Positions 25,220-32,000 of a DNA stretch of 32,000 bases are shown piece by piece. Origin of the DNA: an uncultured Clostridia bacterium. GTDB lineage: Bacteria > Bacillota > Clostridia > Christensenellales > Aristaeellaceae. Position 1 is the first letter of the stretch; each line of letters starts with the position of its first letter. The stretch spans positions 28,452 to 60,451 of the forward strand of contig CAKUFG010000012.1 of the NCBI GenBank assembly GCA_934647235.1. The letters are read 5' to 3'. Under the pieces are notes generated by a model. That model saw only the letters and a program-made list of their open reading frames with translations. It was not told where the DNA came from and made no database searches. Position numbers and translations under genes: made by a program.

Positions 25220-25943
25220 CGTACAACCCGCCGCGCCTGCAGCGCGCAACCGCCGCAGCGACCGTCACGCGCCCGCCAGACAGGGAGCGCCGCGCAAAAA
25301 GCCTGCCGCCAGGCCCGGCGCAGGCAAGTTTCCCGTGCGCACCTGCATCGTGCTGGGCATGGTGCTGATTATCTGCATCCTGGCGCTGGGCATTGCGCGC
25401 GGCAATCTCGACCGTCTGCGCAAGGAACGCGAAAACGCCGCCGCCGAATATCAGCGGCTGGTAGAGCGCCACACTGTGGCCTATCGGGATGAGATCGAGA
25501 AATACGCCGCCGAAAACGGCATCCATCCGGCCTATGTGGCGGCCATTATCCTGCGCGAAAGCAGCTATGATCCCAAGGCTACCAGCTCGGTGGGCGCGCG
25601 CGGGCTGATGCAGGTGATGGAAAGCACCTTTGAGTTTGTGCGCGGAAAGCTGGGCGAGGATAACACAACCTTCGCCGATATGTACGATCCCACCACCAAC
25701 ATCCGCTACGGCTGCTGGTATCTGGGATATCTGAGCCGCATGTTCAACGGCGATCCCATCAAAATCGCCTGCGCCTATCATGCCGGGCCCAACAATGTAA
25801 AGCTGTGGATCATGAATTATACAGCCGACGGCCAGACGCTGACGCTGGACGAAATCCCAAAGGACGACTCGCGCTATTATGCCGGAAAGGTGGTAAACGC
25901 CTATGACATCTACTATCAGCATTATTACCCGGATGCGAACTAA
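25212..25943 (+). CDS. Membrane-anchored lytic transglycosylase (SLT domain)
   Basis: TTG start with AAGGAG 8 nt upstream. A TM segment (CIVLGMVLIICILALGIA) is followed by the SLT signature LRESSYDPKATSSVGARGLMQVM ... AYHAGPNNV. Confidence 0.85.
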   Translation: MSNVQPAAPAARNRRSDRHAPARQGAPRKKPAARPGAGKFPVRTCIVLGMVLIICILALGIARGNLDRLRKERENAAAEYQRLVERHTVAYRDEIEKYAAENGIHPAYVAAIILRESSYDPKATSSVGARGLMQVMESTFEFVRGKLGEDNTTFADMYDPTTNIRYGCWYLGYLSRMFNGDPIKIACAYHAGPNNVKLWIMNYTADGQTLTLDEIPKDDSRYYAGKVVNAYDIYYQHYYPDAN

Positions 25944-27501
25944 GCTGGCGCTGCTCTGCGCGCTGATGCTGGTCTGCTGCGGCCTGGCCGCGCCTGCGCA
26001 GGCGCAGTATGTTACCAACGACGCGCTGCACCTGGGAATCATTTCCGTGGCTACCAACCGCGTCAATCCCCTGGCTCCTGTGGAGCGGGAGTTTATGTCA
26101 GTGACCGATCTGATGTACGAGGGGCTGATCTACATCGATGATAATTACAAGCCGCAGCCCTGCCTGGCGGAGGAATACAAATCTGCCAATAACGGAAAAA
26201 CCTGGTATTTTTACCTGCGCGATGGCGTCACCTTCCATGACGGCACGCCGCTGACGGCGCACGACGTGGTGGCCACTGTGCAGGAGATTCTGCGCCTGGC
26301 CAGCGATTCAGGCAGCACCAACAAGGGCCGCTACGCCACGCTGCAGTATTTTATCAAGACCATCGAGGCAAACGACAACAAGACGGTCGTCATCACGACC
26401 AACCGCAATAACTACGGCTTTCTGTATGCAATGAACTTTCCCATCCTCAAGGCGGATGAGGTGCAGGCGGACAACCCTGTGGGCACGGGACCGTACTATC
26501 TGGATATGTTCGATTTTTCGTCCTATCTGCTGCTCAGCTGCTACACCGGCTGGTGGCAGAACCTGCCCGATTACCGCCAGGTGCTCGTATCGCTGTACAG
26601 CACCAACCGCGAGCTGATTTCGGGCTATGAATACAGCAACGTGGATGCAATCCTGACCCGCGCTATCACCGCCGCCCAGTACCGCACGGGCGTTTCCTCC
26701 TATAATATTGATTACCGCACCACGCAGCTGGAAACGCTGATGATGAACAACAACTCCTTTGAGCTCAAGGATGTGCGCGTGCGCCAGGCCATCCGTTATA
26801 TGCTGGATCTGGACGACATTGTAAATAACGTATACTACGGCATGGTCACGCGCACCGATACGCCGCTGATTCCCGGCACCTGGACGTACTGGAGCGAAAA
26901 CGACGCGCAGCAGTTCAACAAGCAGCGCGCCATGGAGCTGCTGGATGAGGCGGGCTGGACCGGCTATGATGAATACGGCGTGCGCACCATGGTTCGCACG
27001 GATACGAGTACAAGCAAGGTTGCCCGTATGCACCTGCGCTTTTACGTGTATGAGGAGCAGGATAACTCCGTGCGCGTGGAGGTTGCCAACCGTATTGCCG
27101 ATGCGCTGCTGCAGGTTGGGATCGAGTGCAAGGTGGAAACCATGACCTATAAGGACGTCAAGGAAAAGCTCAAGGCCGGCAGCTACGATCTGTGCCTGGC
27201 TGCCTTCAACATTGATTTTACCCCTGACCCCGGCTATCTGCTGATCTCGGGCAACAACTGCAACTACATGCGCTATAAATCCACCGAGATGGATAACCTG
27301 TTCAAAACGCTGCGCGCCGCCGTGGAGGAAAACGCTTACCGCGCCGCGCTGCAAAGCATCCAGACGCTGTTCTGGAACGACTGCCCCTTTGTGTGCCTGT
27401 ATTACCGCAACGGCTCGGTGCTGACGCGCAAGATGTTTACCGACGCGCGCGATGTGCGCGAGCCCGAGGTGCTGCGGGGGATTGAGACGTTTAAGAAGTA
27501 A
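25933..27501 (+). CDS. ABC-transporter family-5 (peptide/nickel, OppA/MppA-like) solute-binding protein, secreted
   Basis: Signal peptide MRTKLALLCALMLVCCGLAAPAQAQ. The start is ambiguous (25903 or 25933). Length and motif pattern are typical of SBP_bac_5. No permease or ATPase genes follow. Confidence 0.75.
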   Translation: MRTKLALLCALMLVCCGLAAPAQAQYVTNDALHLGIISVATNRVNPLAPVEREFMSVTDLMYEGLIYIDDNYKPQPCLAEEYKSANNGKTWYFYLRDGVTFHDGTPLTAHDVVATVQEILRLASDSGSTNKGRYATLQYFIKTIEANDNKTVVITTNRNNYGFLYAMNFPILKADEVQADNPVGTGPYYLDMFDFSSYLLLSCYTGWWQNLPDYRQVLVSLYSTNRELISGYEYSNVDAILTRAITAAQYRTGVSSYNIDYRTTQLETLMMNNNSFELKDVRVRQAIRYMLDLDDIVNNVYYGMVTRTDTPLIPGTWTYWSENDAQQFNKQRAMELLDEAGWTGYDEYGVRTMVRTDTSTSKVARMHLRFYVYEEQDNSVRVEVANRIADALLQVGIECKVETMTYKDVKEKLKAGSYDLCLAAFNIDFTPDPGYLLISGNNCNYMRYKSTEMDNLFKTLRAAVEENAYRAALQSIQTLFWNDCPFVCLYYRNGSVLTRKMFTDARDVREPEVLRGIETFKK

Positions 27502-27556
27502 AAATGCAAATCTGCAGGTACTTTTTATAAAATAAAATCATAGGCATGCGCTTAAT

Positions 27557-27610
27557 CCCCCTCATCCGTCTCGCCGCTGTCGCCTTCCCCCTCCGGGGGA
27601 AGGCTTTTTT
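27557..27610 (+). repeat. Repeat module 1: CCCCCTCATC...TCGCC plus a terminator hairpin and T6 (terminator for the SBP gene)
   Basis: Hairpin GCCTTCCCCC (27582-27591) / GGGGGAAGGC (27595-27604), followed by TTTTTT. It is homologous to the inverted module at 27663-27718. Confidence 0.6.
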
Positions 27611-27662
27611 AGTCATGCAGGAGTCAAACGACGGAAGTATGCTGCTGTTTAGCAAAGATATC

Positions 27663-27718
27663 AAAAAAGGCTTCTCCTTGGGGAGAAGCTGGCGAATGCA
27701 ATGAGCCTGATGAGGGGG
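27663..27718 (-). repeat. Repeat module 2 (inverted copy): CCCCCTCATC...TCGCC plus a terminator hairpin and T6 (terminator for uvrC)
   Basis: The minus strand reads CCCCCTCATCAGGCTCATTGCATTCGCCAGCTTCTCCCCAAGGAGAAGCCTTTTTT. The 8-bp stem is 27670-27677 / 27882-27889 corrected to 27682-27689. Confidence 0.6.
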
Positions 27719-27750
27719 CCAGTTGGCGAAAGCACAAGCAACATCTTATG

Positions 27751-29595
27751 TTATTCTTCCGTTTCACTATCTTCGGGGATCACCGGGTGCAGCGCGGCGT
27801 ACACCGCAGCGGCGGCGGTTTTGTTCATGCCCCTGACGGCGCAGAGCTCGTCCTGATCGGCGTCCTTCATCTTTTTGATGGAGCCGAAATGCGCCAGCAG
27901 CGCGCGGCGGCGCGCAGGGCCGACGCCCGGAATATCCTCCAGCGAGGAATGCACGCTGGCCTTGCCGCGCAGCGAGCGGTGATAGGTGATGGCGAAGCGG
28001 TGCGCTTCGTCGCGGATGCGCTGAATCAGGTGCAGCGCGGGGGTGTGATGATCCAGCACCACCGGCTCCTCCTGATTGGGCAGGTAGATTTCCTCCAGCC
28101 GCTTGGCCAGGCCGAACATGGGCACGTTGATGCCCATGGACAGCATGGCTTCGCGCGCAAAACGCAGCTGCTCCGGGCCGCCGTCGATCAGCACCAGATC
28201 GGGTATCACCCAGCGCTCGGCAGGATCCTCCCGCAGCGTGCGGGCAAAACGCCGCCCCAGCACCTCGTTCATGGAGGCAAAGTCGTTGGCCCCCTCCACG
28301 GTTTTGATGCGGTAATGGCGATACTCCCGGTAGGCAGGCTCGCCGTCGATAAACACCACCATCGAGGCCACCGACAGCACGCCCTGCGTGTTGGAAATAT
28401 CAAAGCCCTCGATGCGCTTGGGATAGCCCTGCATGCCAATGGCCTCGGCCAGCGCCTGGCACGCGCCCACCGTGCGTTCCTGGCGGATCATGCGCTGCGC
28501 GTTGCGCTTTTCCAGCGCGTCGGCCGCGTTGCGCTCGGCCAGCAGCACCAGCGCGCGCTTTTCGCCGCGCTGCGGGGTAAGCACATCCACCGCGCCGCCG
28601 CGCCGCTCGCGCAGAAGCTGGGCGATCACCTCCGGCTCCTCCACCGGCATGGTCAGGATCTCGCGCGCGGGCAGACGGTCGGCATAGTAGCGCAGGGCGA
28701 ACTCGGTCAGCACGCTCTGCGGTGGCTCGTTGCCCTCGCCCGGCAGGGCGAAGCTGTCGCCGCCGATCATGCGCCCGCCCCGGATGATCAGCACCTGCGC
28801 CATCGCGTCCAGCCCATCCTGGGCCAGCGCCAGCACATCCTGCTGCGCATCGTTGGTCTGGATGGCGCGCTGCCGCTCCATCAGGCCCTCCACATCGCGC
28901 AGCGCGTCGCGCTTCTGGGCGGCCAGCTCATAGTCCATTTTCTTGGCTGCGGCCCACATTTCCTGATTGAGCCGATCGCAGATTTCCTTGCTGTTGCCAT
29001 TCAGAAAGGATACCACGCCGTCGATGATCTGCGCGTAATCCTCCTGACTGCACAGATGCGCGCAGGGCGCTTTGCAGCGGCCGATTTCATAATTGACGCA
29101 CGGGCGCGCGGGCGCTTTGAGCGGCAGCTTTTTATCGCAGGTGCGGATGGGAAACACCCTGCGCACCACCTCCAGCGCGTCGCGCACAGCCGTCGCGCCG
29201 ATATAAGGGCCAAAATACTGCGCGCCGTCCTTCTGCATGCGGCGAGCAATGGTCACACGCGGAAAGGGCTCGCGGCGGTCGATACGCACATAGGGGTAGT
29301 GCTTGTCGTCCTTGAGCAGGATGTTGTAATGCGGCTTGTGCAGCTTGATCAGGTTGCATTCCAGCGCCAGCGCCTCCAGATTGGTATTGCACAGCAGGAT
29401 GTCAAAGTCATCCACCTGCGCCACCATGGCGGCTACCTTGGGGGTATGCTCCTTGGTATGGAAATAGCTGCGCACGCGGTTTTTCAGGTTGACCGCCTTA
29501 CCCACATAGATGATCTCGCCCTGATGCTTCATCAGGTAGCAGCCGGGGCTGTCGGGCAGCATGGCCAGCTTGGTTCTCAGGTTTTCGCTCAGCAT
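27751..29595 (-). CDS. uvrC: Excinuclease ABC subunit C
   Basis: 614 aa. The GIY-YIG N-terminus (PGCYLMKHQGEIIYVGKAVNLKNRVRSYF) is followed by a UVR domain, an endonuclease domain and a C-terminal (HhH)2. Confidence 0.95.
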   Translation of the reverse strand: MLSENLRTKLAMLPDSPGCYLMKHQGEIIYVGKAVNLKNRVRSYFHTKEHTPKVAAMVAQVDDFDILLCNTNLEALALECNLIKLHKPHYNILLKDDKHYPYVRIDRREPFPRVTIARRMQKDGAQYFGPYIGATAVRDALEVVRRVFPIRTCDKKLPLKAPARPCVNYEIGRCKAPCAHLCSQEDYAQIIDGVVSFLNGNSKEICDRLNQEMWAAAKKMDYELAAQKRDALRDVEGLMERQRAIQTNDAQQDVLALAQDGLDAMAQVLIIRGGRMIGGDSFALPGEGNEPPQSVLTEFALRYYADRLPAREILTMPVEEPEVIAQLLRERRGGAVDVLTPQRGEKRALVLLAERNAADALEKRNAQRMIRQERTVGACQALAEAIGMQGYPKRIEGFDISNTQGVLSVASMVVFIDGEPAYREYRHYRIKTVEGANDFASMNEVLGRRFARTLREDPAERWVIPDLVLIDGGPEQLRFAREAMLSMGINVPMFGLAKRLEEIYLPNQEEPVVLDHHTPALHLIQRIRDEAHRFAITYHRSLRGKASVHSSLEDIPGVGPARRRALLAHFGSIKKMKDADQDELCAVRGMNKTAAAAVYAALHPVIPEDSETEE

Positions 29596-29631
29596 CGCGC
29601 GCGCCGCTTCCTTTCAATTGGGATAGTAGAT

Positions 29632-29660
29632 ATTATACTATATTATGGCCGCGTTGTGAA
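29632..29660 (-). promoter_or_regulatory. Sigma-A promoter for uvrC
   Basis: The minus strand reads TTCACA (29660-29655), a 17-nt spacer, then TATAAT (29637-29632). Confidence 0.5.
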
Positions 29661-29675
29661 CTTTTTTCCGTGTCC

Positions 29676-29705
29676 TTGACAAACGCGGACAGGATACGAT
29701 ACAAT
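29676..29705 (+). promoter_or_regulatory. Sigma-A promoter for ftsH
   Basis: TTGACA (29676-29681), an 18-nt spacer, then TACAAT (29700-29705). Confidence 0.55.
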
Positions 29706-29716
29706 ATACACGATTC

Positions 29717-29750
29717 ATAAACGTTTAACTATTTTTAACAAACGTTTATA
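29717..29750. promoter_or_regulatory. Two AAACGTTT palindromes 21 bp apart in the ftsH leader
   Basis: ATAAACGTTTAA (29717-29728) and CAAACGTTTATA (29739-29750). The 10-bp arms ATAAACGTTT / AAACGTTTAT are perfect inverted repeats. The second box overlaps a TATAAT at 29747-29752. Confidence 0.45.
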
Positions 29751-29798
29751 ATCCGCCACGGGGAGCGCGCATCCCCGAATCCAACGGAGGAATGAAGC

Positions 29799-31709
29799 AT
29801 GGAAGATAACAAGCAGAAACGCTATGAAAAGCCCAAGATGCCGCGTTCGCCCCTGTTCTGGGTGATGGTTGCGCTGCTGGGCCTGCTGCTGATCTCCAAT
29901 ATCCTGTCCACCAGCTCCTATCTGCGCGGCTCCACGGAAACGGTGGAATACTCCGCCTTCCTGCAGATGGTGGCGCAGGGACAGGTGGATCAGGTGTCGA
30001 TCGGCACGGACGTCATCACCTTTACCCTTAAAACCGAAAACAAGCTGACCTGGTTCTATAACAGCACAGGCGTTAAGCGCTATCAAACCGTGCCGGTCAA
30101 CGATCCCAATCTGGTGGATCGCCTGACGGCCGCAGGCGTTACCTTCGGCGGCGAGAACCAAAGCGGCGTGTCGTTCCTGGGGGTGCTGGTCAGCATCATC
30201 CTGCCCCTCGCCTTCTACGCGCTGATCATCTTCTTTTTGGTGCGTATGTTCAAAAAAGGCGGCTCGGGCATGGGCGCGATGAGCTTTGGCAAGAGCAGCG
30301 CCAAGATGTACACCGTCAGCGACCAAAGCAAAAAGTTTACCGACGTGGCTGGCCAGGATGAGGCCAAGGAAGCGCTGATCGAGCTGGTGGATTTTCTGCA
30401 TCAGCCCGAAAAGTACCGCGCCATCGGCGCAAAGCTGCCCAAGGGCGCGCTGCTGGTGGGCCCTCCCGGCACGGGCAAAACGCTGCTGGCGCAGGCCGTG
30501 GCGGGCGAGGCCAAGGTGCCCTTCTTCTTTGTCAGCGGCTCGGCCTTTGTTGAAATGTTCGTAGGCACGGGCGCGGCCCGCGTGCGCGATCTGTTCAAGC
30601 AGGCCAATGAAAAGGCCCCGTGCATCATCTTTATTGATGAAATCGACGCCATCGGCAAGAAGCGCGACGCGGTGGGTCTATCCTCCAACGATGAGCGCGA
30701 GCAGGCGCTCAACCAGCTGCTGGCCGAGATGGACGGCTTTGACGCCTCCAAGGGCATCGTGGTGCTGGGCGCTACCAACCGCCCTGAGATTCTGGACGCC
30801 GCCCTGCTGCGCCCCGGCCGCTTTGACCGCCGCATCACGGTGGATCTGCCCGATCTTCGCGGCCGCGAGGCTGTGCTGCGCGTGCATGCCCGCGATATCA
30901 CCACGGCCAAGGATATCGATTACGCCGCTGTCGCCCGCGCCACGGTGGGCGCGTCGGGCGCGGATCTGGCCAACATCGTCAACGAGGCCGCCCTGCGCGC
31001 CGTGCGCATGGGGCATCAGGCCGTCACGCAGGACGATCTGGAAAGCTCGGTGGAAACCGTCATCGCGGGCACCGAGCGCAAGAGCTTTGTCATTCCCGAG
31101 GCCGAAAAGCGCATTGTGGCCTATCACGAAATCGGCCATGCCCTGGTGGCGGCGCATCAGAAAAACGCCGTGCCGGTGCAGAAGATCACCATCATCCCGC
31201 GCACCTCGGGCGCGCTGGGCTACACCATGCAGGTGGACGAGGAAGAGCATGTGCTGATGAAGCGCGAGGACATCCTGGCCAAGCTGGCCGTGCTGACCGC
31301 CGGCCGCGCCGCCGAGAAATACGCCTGCAACACCTGCACCACGGGCGCCAGCAACGATATCGAGCAGGCCACCAAGCTGGCCCGCGCCATGGTGACGCGC
31401 TACGGCATGAGCGACAAATTCGGCATGGTGGCGCTGGAAACCAACACCAACGCCTACCTGGGCGGCGACGCGCAGCTGGCCTGCTCGGGCGATACCGCCG
31501 CGCGCGTGGACGACGAGGTGATGCGCCTGATCAAGGAAGCCTATGATTCCGCGCTGGCCATTCTAAAGCAGAACACCGCCAAGCTGCACGACCTGGCCGA
31601 ATACCTGCTGGAAAAGGAAAACATCTCCGGCGAGGAATTCCAGCGTATCCTGTCGCAGCAGGATGAAAAGATCACCCCCCTGCCCGCCGGCGGAGAAACG
31701 GCGGTATAA
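29799..31709 (+). CDS. ftsH: ATP-dependent zinc metalloprotease FtsH
   Basis: 636 aa. It has two TM segments, AAA+ Walker A GPPGTGKT, Walker [10 protein letters not shown], the SRH, and the HEIGH zinc motif. Confidence 0.95.
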   Translation: MEDNKQKRYEKPKMPRSPLFWVMVALLGLLLISNILSTSSYLRGSTETVEYSAFLQMVAQGQVDQVSIGTDVITFTLKTENKLTWFYNSTGVKRYQTVPVNDPNLVDRLTAAGVTFGGENQSGVSFLGVLVSIILPLAFYALIIFFLVRMFKKGGSGMGAMSFGKSSAKMYTVSDQSKKFTDVAGQDEAKEALIELVDFLHQPEKYRAIGAKLPKGALLVGPPGTGKTLLAQAVAGEAKVPFFFVSGSAFVEMFVGTGAARVRDLFKQANEKAPCIIFIDEIDAIGKKRDAVGLSSNDEREQALNQLLAEMDGFDASKGIVVLGATNRPEILDAALLRPGRFDRRITVDLPDLRGREAVLRVHARDITTAKDIDYAAVARATVGASGADLANIVNEAALRAVRMGHQAVTQDDLESSVETVIAGTERKSFVIPEAEKRIVAYHEIGHALVAAHQKNAVPVQKITIIPRTSGALGYTMQVDEEEHVLMKREDILAKLAVLTAGRAAEKYACNTCTTGASNDIEQATKLARAMVTRYGMSDKFGMVALETNTNAYLGGDAQLACSGDTAARVDDEVMRLIKEAYDSALAILKQNTAKLHDLAEYLLEKENISGEEFQRILSQQDEKITPLPAGGETAV

Positions 31710-31728
31710 GCACACTGCAATCCATAGT

Positions 31729-31768
31729 AAAGAGTCCTTCCGGCTTAGCTGGAAGGACTCTTTGCTTT
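31729..31768 (+). terminator. Terminator after ftsH
   Basis: Perfect 13-bp stem AAAGAGTCCTTCC / GGAAGGACTCTTT, followed by GCTTTG. Confidence 0.7.
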
Positions 31769-31840
31769 GATGTTATTCTTAAGCTAACGGACGAGACAAT
31801 ACACTGCAGCGAGACAGATCAATAAACTGAAAAAATGTAC

Positions 31841-31880
31841 ACTCAATCTTTGAGTAAATGTCAATACTCAAAAATTGAGT
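31841..31880. promoter_or_regulatory. Two palindromic boxes ACTCAA-N3-TTGAGT, a candidate operator pair for the downstream XRE regulator
   Basis: ACTCAATCTTTGAGT (31841-31855) and ACTCAAAAATTGAGT (31866-31880). Centres are 25 bp apart, and the second box ends 29 bp upstream of the ATG. Confidence 0.5.
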
Positions 31881-31908
31881 GTGTTAACGTAGCTGCGAGG
31901 TGATACGC

Positions 31909-32000
31909 ATGGATTATCGTCAGCGACTGCGCGAGGTGCGGGAAGACCGGGATTTATCCCAGGCAGAGGTCGGCAAGGTGCTTAACAAATCGCAGCAGGG
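31909..32000 (+). CDS. XRE-family helix-turn-helix transcriptional regulator (N-terminal 30 codons; continues beyond the window)
   Basis: Own translation: MDYRQRLREVREDRDLSQAEVGKVLNKSQQ..., the classic HTH_3 start (R..R...GLSQ.ELA......). GAGGTG SD 7 nt upstream. Confidence 0.7.
   Translation, partial: MDYRQRLREVREDRDLSQAEVGKVLNKSQQ

Noticed and set aside
27546-27704. 52-codon plus-strand ORF (MRLIPLIRLAAVAFPLRGKAF...) spanning the SBP-uvrC spacer
   Set aside because: It has no SD and reads straight through the module 1 terminator hairpin and T-tract and then the complement of the module 2 terminator. Only the short PLIRL-frame similarity is kept, as an observation in the findings.
29596-29700. 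LexA/Cheo SOS box upstream of uvrC
   Set aside because: No GAAC-N4-GTTC motif is present. The nearest resemblance (GTGAACTTTTTTCC) lacks the second half-site.

Overview
This window reads as a high-GC (roughly 60-65% by eye) chromosomal segment from a spore-forming Firmicutes/Clostridia-type genome. That placement is an inference from gene content: Spo0E-like, Noc-like, EndoA-type MazF, WalJ-like and a DUF4179-type anti-sigma. About 28 genes are tightly packed. A minus-strand block (1-8660) and a mostly plus-strand block (8929 onward) diverge at about 8.7-8.9 kb. Most genes are housekeeping: mnmG, comEC, holA, rsmG, a Noc/ParB-like gene, htpG, polA, coaE, uvrC and ftsH. Envelope and accessory genes sit between them: a 4xSH3b NlpC/P60 hydrolase, an ECF sigma/anti-sigma pair, a secreted 5'-nucleotidase, a lytic transglycosylase, an orphan family-5 solute-binding protein, a CPBP protease flanked by two MBL hydrolases, and a degenerate LytM protein. 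I found three coding regions that are absent from or mis-bounded in the ORF track: an edge-truncated FAD oxidoreductase (1-713, minus), a 56-aa 2x[4Fe-4S] ferredoxin (10751-10921), and a 58-aa Spo0E-like gene (21037-21213, minus). I see no rRNA, tRNA, CRISPR array, transposase or integrase. I cannot point to a clear novel multi-gene system. The best leads are: (1) a signal-peptide-bearing stefin/cystatin-like protein with an exact QVVAG loop, next to an uncharacterised 400-aa protein and in the same gene string as a papain-fold NlpC/P60 hydrolase; (2) an EndoA-type MazF toxin with no room for a canonical antitoxin; (3) a pair of inverted, homologous terminator-like repeat modules between the SBP gene and uvrC that share a PLIRL-type reading frame; (4) several clean palindromic operator candidates (ftsH leader, htpG promoter, ferredoxin promoter, XRE gene). 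The many long ORFs antisense to real genes are GC-driven shadow ORFs.
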